Below, in pieces: positions 35,006 through 47,181 of a stretch of DNA of 64,000 nucleotides. The stretch is from Lama glama. Taxonomy: Eukaryota. Position numbers and translations under genes: made by a program. Under the pieces are notes generated by a model. The model was not told the origin of the DNA. It made no database searches and was given only the letters and a program-made list of their open reading frames with translations. Each line of letters opens with the position of its first letter. The stretch's first letter is position 1. The stretch spans positions 806,001 to 870,000 of the forward strand of contig CM052817.1 in NCBI GenBank assembly GCA_028534125.1, written 5' to 3'.

Positions 35006-38000
35006 TGACCCTGAGGGGTCGGTACCCTGACCTGGGGGCCCTTCCAAGCTGGGAGCTGTGGGGCTGGGCTGGCCCAGACTCCGGAGTAGGGGCCAGCAGG
35101 AGCCCAGTGTGCCAGGGATTCGGGTCACTCACTGGGGCCTTGGGTTAGGAGATGGCCTGGACCACGCTGTCTGGGAAAGTCCATCTCCTCGGTCCCAGCG
35201 CTGAACAGGCCACACACCTTCAGCTCCTGCCAGGCAAGGAAGCGCCCAGCAGCCTTCTCAGCCAGGAGTGAGGACCAGGGGCTGCGTGGGGCCCGGGATG
35301 GCCGCCACCGGGCCAAAGACAGTGATGGCAGCTGGGGGCCCTGGTTCTACCTGCTCAGGAAGATCCAGCCCCTGAGGGCAGTGCACACACTGGGTGGGCG
35401 GCGGATGAGGAAGGTCGCTGGGCGGTCAGCGGCTGGGCTTCGGAAGTCTGCCAGCTAATAAGATTTGCCCGCTCAGCCTTCCTGGCTCTTCCGTGGAGAT
35501 GGCAGCCCTTGTCCGCCTGAGACCCCTCTTTTTCTCCCGTCTGGCTGCACCACCACCCAGTTCAGCACTGCCTGAGTGGGCAAGACAGCCAGGGGATGGG
35601 TGAGTGGTGAGGGGCCTTGAGGGGCCAAGATTTCACTTCTGCCTCTTTGTCAGCCTGGAGACCCTCACCCTCCCCTGCATCCGGCAGAGCGGGCGGGTGG
35701 GCTCTGGGGGAGTGATGGCAGTGAGGAGGGCGTGCAGATGGGTCAGCGGCAGTGGGAGAGGGTAGACAGGACCCAGGCCAGGCTGGCCCTCACCTGGCCC
35801 TGCTGATGCTGGCCTGGGCTAGGGGGCAACCAGCTCATCCAATCAGAGGAGTCAGTGCCTCAGGCTACCCCTGGCCCTGCCACCGCCGCGCCACAATGAC
35901 CGGCCTGTAAAACAGGCACAGGCCAGAGGGCCCATCCCTGGGCGTCCAGGCGGACATGGAGGGCTTGCTCTGTCCTGGGCAGGTGCCCGTGCCTCTCCGG
36001 CCCTGCCCCTGGGGGAGGCTCCACCATTACCCTTACCTTCTGCCACAGCCAGTGCCCCTAGAGGTGACCCGGCCTGGCCTGACTCCCCACCAGCCCCCTC
36101 AAAGGAGCGGAACACACACTTGGCCCGGGCCAGGCTGCCACAGCCCAGGGACGAGGCTGGGGACACAGAAAGGTCAGTTGAGGCTGCCCCAGGCGATGGT
36201 GCCCCGCCTGCTCGGCGACCCAGGGGTAGCCTGAGGCTGGCAGGGTTGAGGTGGGGACCTGGCCTAGCCCTGGGCAAGGCACCCCGGCTGGCAATGCCCC
36301 TGGGCTGTGAGCCTGCCGCCAGGCGCTGGGGCACCCGCAGCAGACGTGACATCATCCTTCGGCCTCACGCCTGCTGTGAGCGGGAGTGATGGGGGCCCAC
36401 TGAGGCAAGTGTGGGCTCTCGTCCCCGCTGGGCCCCCCAGGCTGATGGCTCACCCCTCCCACCTGCCGATGGCCCAGCTCTGCTCCAGGCTGGGGAGGCA
36501 GAGGGATGCCCCACTGGGGCCAGGACTCCCTAGGCTGGACCCTCCAGCTGACCCTGGTGGACTCTGGACTCCTGCCAGTTCCCCCGGGGCCCCCACACTG
36601 CTTGTGCCAACAGCCGTCTCCCAGCCAAGGCCTGCCTGGCCCAGGCAGGTGCCGCAGGCCACACTCTCCAAACAGGCCAAGCCTGCCCTCCCCTGGGACT
36701 CTCACCACCTCCCTGACAGCTCAGAAAACCGCTGGGCGCAGCTCCAGGATCTGGGAGACAGGCTTCCGTTTCCATTCCTGTCCTCCACAGACTCACCCCC
36801 CCACCCTCCGCCCGCCCACCACCCTCCCTGCGAGCCCACCCACCACACCCACTTACTCACCCCGCAGCATGCGCCCAGCCATCTCTACCCGCCTTAGCCC
36901 TCCAGAGACCTCGCGACTCACTGAGCACCCATGTCCACTCCTCTGGTCACCACTCCATCACTCTGCACCCTCCCACCCCGCCACGGACCGGTCACTCAAG
37001 GATTCCCTGTTCCCTCTGTCCCCTTGACAAACACTGGCTGACGGTGCATGTGGGACCAGGCTCGGCTGGGGCCAGGCTGCCCTGGCAGGGAGGAGGGCAG
37101 GCGCTTCTGCAGGCCGAAGGCAGGTGCCAGGTGAGAGTGGGGGCCGGTGGCAGGGAGCCTAGGTCAGAAGACATGAGGGGGAAGCGGTGAGAGACAGCCC
37201 AGGACAGACCTGCTGAGTGCCTGCTGTATACTGGGGGAGTCCAAGACCCAGAGGAAGACTCCAAGGGCTCACCTTGGGACATCTGGGCCTGGGCTGAGGG
37301 AGGGGGATAGTGTCCCCCTCTGTTGAGGGGCGCTGAGGCAGCTCTGTTGAGGACTCCTGCAGCCTGGGCCTGCCTTCAGCCCATGGGCCGAGGGACTGCG
37401 AAGAGGGCCCCCGCTGGAACGGGGGTGGATGGCACAGACCCCCGCCCCACCCAGCACGGCAGCTGGGTTCTGGGAAGGCCCAGCCGGGACAGGCCTGAGC
37501 AGGAGAGATGGAGGCAGGCCGGGCTAACCGCCCCAGAGCCTCCAAACCCCTCCCATCCCGCTCCACCCACCCGCCCCAGCCAAGGTGGAGGACTGACATC
37601 TCCACACCCTCCCCCCACCCCCTCTCCCCATGCCGCTGACCTGCTGGCCTCAGGCCTTCCTCATGCTCGGCCATCACTGCCTGGCTGGAGGCAGGTCCCC
37701 TTCAGCCCCGAGCCGGAGCCCATTCATGCCGGGCAGTGAGGGAGAAATTCAATTTGAAGGCATCCCCCCAAAGTGGATTTCAAGGGCACTGGTTCAGGAA
37801 AGTTCCCTCCCCTCGAGGGTCAGCCCCTGCAGTCTGGGGCCTCCCAGGCTCTGGCACAGGGTAGTGGGACCAGCTAAGGGAGGCTCCAAGGGCTAGGAGA
37901 GGCCACGCTGGCCAGGACAGTCTGCCCACTGGGCACAATCAGCATCTGGGCCAGCCCGGGCCCTCCCCCGCTGGGGGGTCCGTGGGCAGTGGGAGATGGC

Positions 38001-41000
38001 TGCAGTGCTGAGGCCTGAGAAAGAAGGGCCTATCCAGGCCAGTACGGGGGCTCCCGGTGCGCCCCCACAACGACGTCTCAGCTGGGTTTGGCCCCAGGGC
38101 CGTACCCAGTCGGGATGCCACTCCGCCCCCTTCCCCAGAGATAACGTGTGCCTGAGGCACAGATAAACCTCCCCTGCCCAAGGCCCTGATTAAGGCCAAA
38201 TCCCAGGAAGTTCCCGCCCCATCCTGAAACCCCATCTGAAGCCTGGCTCAGCCTGGGCAGTGGTCCCACCCATCCGGGCAGGCCTGGCCCGGGAGGCCAC
38301 CATCACTGGCATGTCCCAGCTGCCCCTCCCAGAGGCCTGGCCCTCCCCGCCCAGGGGATGTCATGTCCACTTCGGGGGAGAGATAGGTGAGGGGCCCAGG
38401 AGCTGACCCTGCCTCCACGGGCCTCCCCGCTCAGGCTTTGCTCTAAAACAAGTGAAAGCCCCTCTGGGGGCACTTGCTTTTTGCAGACCAAAGAGGAGCT
38501 CCAGGTCCTGCTATGGCTGGTCCAGGGCCCCCACAAATGCCCAGTGGTGCTAGCAGGGTCCCCCGGTGAGGAGTCGGTGGTTTCTTGTGTCCCCAGACAC
38601 TCCCTTCTCAGCGCTTGTACCCACCCAGAGTCCCGACCAGGCTGGACTCTTCCTTCTCAGCGGGAGGGGGATTATGCAGGGAGGTCCCATGTGGCCCTGT
38701 AGGCAGACACTGGAGGGCCCCCAGCTCCTGGTGGGCGGGGCAGGCAGAGACCAGCCCACCCGGGAGGCCCCCAGGAGGAAGGGGAGGCCCCTGGGGAGTG
38801 AGGGTGGAGACAGTCAATGGGAACAGCAGGAAAGGTGGTTGGGGGCCATGGGGACCACTCCACTTCCTTCCCTTGAGCAAGTACCCTACCACCCACCCTG
38901 GCCAGCACCCCCAGCCCAGATCAGAGCTCAGGGTGGAAAAAATCTGGGGGGCATCAGGGTGTGGGCCTGGGAGCCAGTCGGATCCCAGGATACGTGGGGA
39001 CAGCACAGCCCTGGAGCTGGGGCCTTCAGGAGCCCATGGAACAAATGGGGACACTGAGGCCAAGGGGCCTTGACTGTGGTCACCAGCAGGTCAGCAGCAG
39101 AGCTGGGAAGATGTCACGAGCACCTGGGCAGTAGAGGCCATGCAGCAGGGTTGGGTAGGGTGCTTCGAGTCTAATCAGGAAGCAGGGGGTGGTCAGGTTG
39201 CAGCGGCCACAGGGTGTGGCTGGGGTGGCCGTCAGTTGACAGGGGGGCATGCGTGGAGCCAACGGGTAGATGACTTAATCACAGGCTGGCTTTGTCCCGG
39301 GGCGCCTGTCCCACGCCCGGATCCTCCACCGGCCGCACACCCCAACCCCCACCCCCACCCAGCTCCTAGCAACCTGCAGCGGAGCGTGGGCAAATGTGAG
39401 GGCTGGGGGCTCTGCCACGGGCCTGGGAACAGCCCAGGGGTGGCCGGGGTGCGGCCGGGTGGATCCGTCCCAGGCCAGGCTTGGGAGAACGTCTGCCCAG
39501 CCTGGCCCGTGCCAGCCTCCCAAGGAGGGCATCCTGGGAGTGGCTCCAGCCTGGCATCTTGGCAGAGGAGGCACCAGAGCCGGGGGCTTTGTGTACCGTG
39601 GCCCCCTCTCTTCCCGGGCCCCCACCCGGCCAATCCTGTCAGAGCCTTAGAAAGTGAGACAAAGGCCTGGGAGGCCCCAGGAGGGCTGGGACACAGGCAG
39701 GAGATGGGGTTTTAATGACCCAACTACAACAGTGGGAGTGGAGGCCGCTCCTTAACCCTGTCGGGCCCTGGCCTGGGACTGCCCACGCCAGCCAGGCCCC
39801 CGTCACCAACCCTGTGAGACTGGGAACAAATGAAAGTCTCCAAGAGACCCAGGTCCCTGACGCCCCCCGCCCTGGGCAGCCTGTGCCCCAGGCTCCTGCC
39901 AGAGGCCCTGGGTGAGATGGAGGCCCTCCGGACATCACCGGACACACGCTGGCAACACCCACTCATCCCGTGCTTTCAGCCTTCCTGCTGCCTGACACCC
40001 ACAGGGGTGTCACCTGCAGCGTGGGAGCTACCATCCTCCCCACAGGAAGCCCCCACCGCGCCGGCTGGCCGGGCCCCTGCCATCCCTCCACAACGCCCTC
40101 ACAAAGCTCCTCCCCACACGGGCCCCTTGGGGGCCAGAGCTGTGGCAGGTCGAGATGCCAGCTCCCTGCTCGTTCCACACCATTCGAAGGCCTCGCTGCC
40201 CCTCCTGCCTCAGTCTCCCCACCTCCAAGATGGGTGCATGGGCGAGGCGGAGGCCAGTGTAAGTGGCTGTCTCCGAGGCTCCTTGGGGGGTGAGGAGGTG
40301 GGACGTCCTGAGCGGAAAGGGTCCTGGAGGCACCTTGATAACCCAACTCCTGCTGAGTCGTTTCCCCGCCAGGCCCCCCAGGTTCTCAGAGGCACCACCC
40401 GTTCCCCCATCCACCCTGCTGCCCCCACTCACTGCTTTTCACCTCCTGCCTCGAGGTGTGTAAGTGGGCCTGGGCCTACCACCTGCTGTGACCTTGGACT
40501 TACCCTTGTGTGACCTTGTGACCTTGACAAGCCCCTGGGTGCCCTGAGCCTTACTTTTCGGGACAGCCAGGTGTCTAGAAGTTTCTAATCTGAGCCACAC
40601 AGGATAACCCAGAGAGCACCAACGGTGGGAGCTGGGAGCGAGCAGCTTCTCCAGGAGGTGGGCAGGCAGAGGAACAGTGGGAAGGGGCACCCTTGGGAGC
40701 ACTGAGCCCCCCAGCACTGCTCCCAGCAGCCTGCTGCAGGGGGACCAGGCAAGGAGATGCAGCCCAGACAGGGCACGTCGCTACCCCCAGGTGCTAGGTC
40801 CCTGCAGAGGAGGACCTGTGTCCTCAGCCTGAGACCACCCCCGCTGCGGCCCTCCACATCCTGCACTGGGCTGGGCTGGGGTCCTGAAATCAGACTCCAG
40901 GAAGTGGGGTTGATGTGATTCCAGCTCCTGCTGTTGGCCTGACTCCTCGAGGTGGGGTCAGGGTTGGGGGCCCAGCCAGAGCAGACTGGGCAGCAGGTAG

Positions 41001-41879
41001 AGGTCAGGCTTCTCTGCAGGGCCACCTCTGCTGTTGAATTCCCAGCCCGGTGGAGAGCCAGGCACTCAGCAGAGGAGTATGGCCCACCCACATCTCCCTA
41101 GGACGACTCCTCCACTGAACAGATACTGGCGGCCAGGTAGACACAGGGAGACTGCTGAAGGGCACCCATGATGGCCCAGGGAAGTGTGGACGAGGCCAGC
41201 CAGAGGGGATGCCAAAGTCTGGCAGGGTACCCTAGTGGTTAGAGGGTGAGCCAACTCAAGAGGACCCCAAGGTCGGGCCTGAGATCTGGGTCAGTTTCAG
41301 AGCTGCCAGTAGGTGTTGGGGCCAGGAGCTGGGTGTGACCCTGTCAAGTTCAGGGTGCCCAATCAGGACGCCCATTAGCTGTGTTTAGGTGTAGACAACG
41401 AGTAGGGGTCACTCTGTGACCCACGTGTGTGTCCGTGTGTCCCTCTGTGCTTGTGCCGGGGGCTCTGACCTAGAGCAGGGCCTAGGCCCCCAGATGCCAC
41501 CAGGGTGGGTTTGCCTGTCGGATGTGTCCACGGGTCATGGGCAGCAGCCCCTCCAAGAGAACTGGTCACGGTTCCAGTCCTCCAAGGGAGCCCCCTGAGT
41601 TCTGCCCACTACAGCATGCTGCATCCTTGGGGTCCTGAGGCTCAGCCTGTCTCAAGGGCCTCCCAGTCCCTCTGGGAGGAAGTCTAGCCCTGTAGAGGGT
41701 GGGGGTCCTGGGCTGGGTGGTGGGCTCCGCGCACACACTGGCCATTCAGTGAACACCTCATGAATGAAGCTATTTCTTGGCCTCAGCGAAGCGGGCCCTG
41801 AACCTCGGAGCTTCCAAACAGGACGGTGTTCTTGGGACGTGACTGAATCCCTCTCCTCCAGGCAGTCTGAATTCCCGGG

Positions 41880-42400
41880 AGGAAGCTTGAATCGGGCTGC
41901 ACAGAAGAGAAGCCACAGGGCCCTCACGGTGGCGGCTCAGGCTTGCGCCCCCGTGGAACCGGCCGGCCGAGGGGGTCTCGCTGTGGCGGCGGGGACCGGG
42001 GGCCTGCCAAGGCACAGACAGCCAGTTTGTTTTCACCCGCGGGGTTCCGCAGGGTTTCCAAATGGCTTAATAGGGAACGTGGCCTGGGCGGGCGCGCGGC
42101 GGCCGGGTGCGAGTGGCGCCTGTGAGCGCCGAGGAAGGCCGGCCTCTGGGCGGCGGGGGGCCGGGATAAATGGCCCCAGTCATGCCGCGGGCTGGCCCAG
42201 CGCGGGTGCGCTAAGTTGAAGCTATAAATTACCCGGCCTGGCCAGCGCCACCGCAGCGCAGGCGGGGCGGGAGGGGGCGCGGCGCTCAGTAAATCGGCCC
42301 TTTCACCACTGGAGGCCGTGCACGAAAGAAAAACTTTGTTTTATTAAAGCAACATCAGGGTTGTGGCCGCCCGGCCGGGAGGCGCCGACAGCAGGGCTGG
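41880..42400. promoter_or_regulatory. Small CpG island with AT-rich TF-like motifs, candidate enhancer
   Basis: Local CpG enrichment with embedded TGTTT, TTAAT, (A/G)TAAAT x3, CTTTGTT, TTTATT. Confidence 0.55.
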
Positions 42401-45400
42401 GCACTGGGCGGGGAGGGGGGCGCTCTGCCACACCCCGGGGCCTCGGAGAAAGGCCCCTTCAGGAGGCACTGGCTCTGGTAGGGGGGTGGGCCTGGGGCTC
42501 ACTCCTACACCCTGCCCGGCAGCCTCCCCCTCGACCCCCAGACTCCAAGACATTGTCCCGGGGCTCCTGTGTTTCCCCCGAGGGATCTGCACCCAGAGCA
42601 GGGGTCCTGGACCCCTGGTCACCTCTACCCCCGAGAGCACCTCTTCCTTTAGAGTTCGGGCTGAGCAAAGAGTGGAGGGGAGATCCCCGCCTGGTGCTCG
42701 GCCCACAGTGGGGTCATACCCCGCTCAGCAGAGAGGTGCTCGGCTGTGGGGGCCACAACCACAGGCCAGCCCTCAGGTGTGCCCCCAACCCCCGCCGAGG
42801 CCTCCGCCCACTCCTGGCTGCTCCAGCTCCAGGGTGGGAGGGGCCAGGGGGCTATGGGAGCTGGCTGGGATAATATTTAGACAATTCAAGTGGAAATGAA
42901 TGGGAAGTAGAGGCTCATCTCTGTTCCTTGCGTGGCTGGGAGGGCCCTGGGTCCTGCAGACCCCAGCATGGCGGGCGAGCCAGGGGGCTGTGAGCTGGGC
43001 TTCTGCTGCCATAAGTCACCCCTTAATGGAGGCCTCTGGTGGCCTATGGCCCTGGCACCCAAGGTACTTGCCCCTGCAGGGGCTCCCCCTGAGTGGAACC
43101 CTCTGCCCACCACCCCTTGTGCTTCCAGCCCCTCCTTAGAGCACCCCTGGCCCCACAAACCACAGTGGGAACTGTAGCTGGAGGCCCACCCTCCTCCCTG
43201 CACCTCCTGCACTGCTGCTGGACAGCAGGGCTGAGCTGCGTCTCCTGCACCCGAGTCCAGCACAGACGGTGCCTGGCTGGTCTGGGGGCAGGTCCAGAGG
43301 CTTCCCTGGTGAAGGCTCCTCTGAGTTTGACCGGTGCTCTCTGGGCTTTCCAGGCACCCAGGCTGAAAACAGGGCTTGGCGGGATTCTGTGTGAGCTGAA
43401 GCCCACCTCTCTCCAGAGTTCCCGCCAGGCTGCGGGGATGCCCTCATGCTTTAGCCAGATGCCCACCCTCGGGCTGAGGCCTAGCCTACGGCCACCTGAC
43501 TCCTGGTCTCCTCAGCTTCCCTGCCACCTGTAGTCCTTGCAGCCATGCCCTCCTGTCACCTCACCCCAGCTCTTAGGTGAGTGGAGATTCTCAGGGGCAC
43601 AAACAGCTGGACAAAGACAGAGGGGCTGGAAAGACCAAAACATTGCCCAGGCCCCAGGCCAGGCACAGGTAAGGCTACAACTCAGGATCCCCGAGCCCAC
43701 CTGCTGGGCTCAGTTCACACTGCCTCCTCCTCCTCTCTCACCCAGCCCAGAGGAAGCCCGCTGAGCTGACCAGGCCAAAATGGGGCCCGGAGGCTCAAAC
43801 TGACCATGGCACCACTCTGGGCCTTGCCCCTGTGCTTCTGGGAGATGGCAGAGGGGAGGTGCCTAACAGGCAAACCCCACGGTGGGCCTGGGTGTGGTTC
43901 CCCCTGCGGCAGCCCACCCCACTGTGCCCGGACCGAGGCTGGCCAGGGGCAGGCCCGGGTGCGGATGAACACCTGTGTGCCAAGCTCACTCATCCTCCAC
44001 TTAGTCTCTGCGGCAATCTGAAAACTGGTGAGGGGGTGCTCCCCAGGGGTCACACAGCCCCTTGCAGATGCCCACCCCATGGGGCACCAGTGACTCACAT
44101 CTGCCCTCCAACGTAGGGTGGGGCCCCATGAATGAGACTGGCTGGGGATGGGGCCGGCCTCCCAATGGGGACAGACCACAGCGTGTGAAAAAGACCCCAT
44201 CCCAGGTTTCATTGAGCGCAGAGGAGGAGGTCAGTGAGCGGTCAGTAAGGGCACCCCAGGGGGGCACTCCTGGGTGGAGGCCTGAGTGGTCTGAGATGCA
44301 GAGGGAGCTGGGGGAGGCAGGAACTGGAGCCACAGGGCATAAGGCACCAGGTACTCCAGCCTCGAGGGCACTGTGGGGACTTAGCTTTGACTCAGAAGCC
44401 CCAGGAGTCACTGCAGATACCCCAGGGCGGGGTGGGGGTGCCAAGTCCTACTGGGGTGCCAGGGAAAGGGCCTGGGATGTGGCCTTACCCTCAGGGATCC
44501 TCCAGCCCCCAGCCTGCCACCCAGGAGATGAAAGGCCCTGCCCACGCAGGCCCCACAGCGCCCTTTGAAGGCTGTGGGAGTGGCGCAGGGCAGTCAGGTG
44601 CCAGGCACTGGGAGAGGGGCTCTGCTGGTGCTGTGGCTGTGACCCTAAAGGCCTCCTGGCTGAGCCCTGGCCACCCTCCAGAGGCCACGCTATCATGCCC
44701 TTGTCCTGTCTGAGATGCTGGTGGGCAGTGGAGGTCAGGGCATACCAACATCCTTGACCCAGCGGCAAAGAGCAAGCCCTGTCAGTGCCTCAGTCTCCCC
44801 ATCTGGACTGAAGGTAGAGACAGATTCTGGGAATATGAGGGGAGCAAGACTACTCCCCACACACCCCTGCAGTGTCGGCCTTACTGACCCCTAGGACCCA
44901 GGAGAGGCAGGTCCGGAGGCCTCTCTAACCTCCACTCTCGTGTCCAGGGTCCAGGGACGTGTCTTGGGGCCACCATCACCACTCAGTGGTCAGCACAGAA
45001 GCTCCAGTTAGAACTTCGGGGCAGGCACTGATGGGGAGGGGATGTCCTGCCCTGGGAGGGTGTTCAGCCTCCCTCCACCATCACTCTGCTCTGACCCTTT
45101 GACGGCCAGGGGAGGGGGGGCAAACTCCAAGGACCTGTGGGCAGGGGCGGGGCCTGTTGCTCCCCAGGGCTGGGCTGGGGCTGGAATGTTTGCACTCACT
45201 GTTTGCTTGAGGGGGTGTCCACCTCGCCTCCAGGGGCGCCCCTCCCCTCGCCTTGGGGCCCAGGTCCAGCTGAGTCTACAGCTCTGGTCAGATGGGGAGG
45301 AGGAGGGACCCTCTGGCTCAAATGGGGAATTCCAGGACCCGCTCTGATACAAAAGAGTCCTCTTGCCCCGGGCCTGGGCCCTCACATCCTACAGGACCCT

Positions 45401-45479
45401 TCTGTCCCGTGGATTGGGAGACCCCAACCCAAATAGTTGCTCAGCCGGCTCCTCCCCGCGCCCAGCTCTCCCGCCCCAG

Positions 45480-46260
45480 GCTTCCCAGCCCCGCTCAGAG
45501 ATTATGCAAATCCCCGGCGGCTCCTTAATTAAATCCCTAACGAGGCGCTGGGGCCGGGCCAGGGGCGTCGCTGAAAGCCGGGGTCACGCTCCGGAGGGGC
45601 CCGGCCCGTCTGCGACGTGAGGCCCCCGCGCCCCTCCTGGGCCTGGGAACCGCCGCGCCGCCGGAGGGGGCGGACCGGCCGGCCCTCACCCGACCCGGCC
45701 AGCCCCTTCCCCACCGCCCGCCCTGGGCCCGGGTCTCCCCAGCGGGGACGCGGTGGGACGGGGACAGCGCTTCTCCCGGCGGGGCGGCGAGGGCTCCGGG
45801 GGCGCGGACGCACCTGCGCCCCGTCCTGCACGCTCGGGGTCCCGCGGCCGCCGGGGTCGGGGGCGGGGCGGCCGGGGCAGCGGCCCCCGCGCCCCGCTTT
45901 CAGACGCCTGTTGTTGGGCCAACAGCCGGGGCCGCGGCCGCTTGAAAGGCCGGGATTAGCGAACATTAGCGGCCCTTTGAGCGGCGCCCGCGGCGCCCCT
46001 TCCGCCGGCCCCGCCCCCGCGCAGGCCGGACCGCGGGCCGAGTGGGGAGGCCGGGGGAGGGGCAGAAACGGGGGCGGGGCGGCCCCGCCGGAGACCGCCG
46101 GCGTCCCGCTCGCCCGGCTGCGGCCGGAATTCCGCCCTCCCAGGGGCGGCCGGGGCAGGAGGCCAGCGGCCCGCAGCTCGGTGGACTTGGGTGCCCGCCC
46201 CGCGGAGCCGCCTCCCCTGCTCAGAGCTGGGGCAGGCGTCGCTGAGCGAGAGGCCCCCTT
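45480..46260. promoter_or_regulatory. Orphan CpG island, candidate distal regulatory element
   Basis: Dense CpG with GC boxes and no adjacent coding exon; ATGCAAAT at 45504, TTAATTAA at 45525, GGATTA at 45953. Confidence 0.65.
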
Positions 46261-46721
46261 ATCCTCCACAGCTTCCAGGGGTTGACGTGGGGAGACCCCC
46301 TGCCACCTTCCGGTCCAAGGCGAAGTCTGAATGGCAGAAGGTCCCTCAGTCCCCACGCAGCTCCATAGAACTACTGCAGCCGGGCCCACGCCCACCTCCA
46401 GGCCCTCGCTTCCCACCTTCTGCCGCCAACCCCTGCACTGCCTTCTCCCAGCAGCCTGCCAGGATTTTCCCAAGCTGAGCTCTGGACCCCTGGGTCCCTG
46501 CAACCATCTTCTACTGGAACCCTGGCTCCAAGATCACATGGGTGGGTTAGCATCCGTCCCCCAACACCCAGCTGGGGTCTCAGCCTTTTCTCTGAAAATA
46601 ATTCTTAAGCCCTGGGGTCAGTGACTTCAGAGGGGGCCAGAAGGAAGGCTGCAGAATGGAGAGGACACTGTCCACAGATGGAACTCAGGAAGGACACTTA
46701 GGGATTTAATTAAGAATTTAA

Positions 46722-46925
46722 TAGCTGAGTGCTGTCTGCCTGCCGGACCCGATCTCAGACACTTGGCTCAGGTTAGATGACAAGGAGGTGTTACTGTTAC
46801 CCTCACTTTACAGATGAGGAAACGGAGGTGCAGGGCCAGGAAGCAGCTCCAGGTCACACTGCCAGCCGGTGAGGAGCAGACACCTGACCCTCAGCTTGCA
46901 CACCCAGGGTCTCCTCCTCACTCTT
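46722..46925 (-). mobile_element. MIR element
   Basis: ttactgttaccctcactttacagatgaggaaacggaggtgcagg..ccaggtcacactgccag. Confidence 0.75.
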
Positions 46926-47134
46926 ACCCACCCACCTGCCTGTTCGGGGCAACTAACTGTTGGCCCAGAGGATTCAACATCTATACAGCATTGATGGGCC
47001 TGGAGTGGGGGCCTCAGCCTGGACCATGTAGGGTGTGGCCTGGGCTGGGCCTCCCCTCTCTGAGCCTCTGTTCCTGCTCATTGCTGGGGACCAGCTCAAA
47101 CTTGACCTGCTTCCTGGGACCCGAGCACAGGGAC

Positions 47135-47181
47135 TTGCACACATGTGCATGCACACGTGTGCACACACATGCACACACACC
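47135..47181. repeat. Alternating purine-pyrimidine (CA/TG) simple repeat
   Basis: tgcacacatgtgcatgcacacgtgtgcacacacatgcacacacac, including the 14-bp palindrome tgcacacgtgtgca. Confidence 0.8.
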
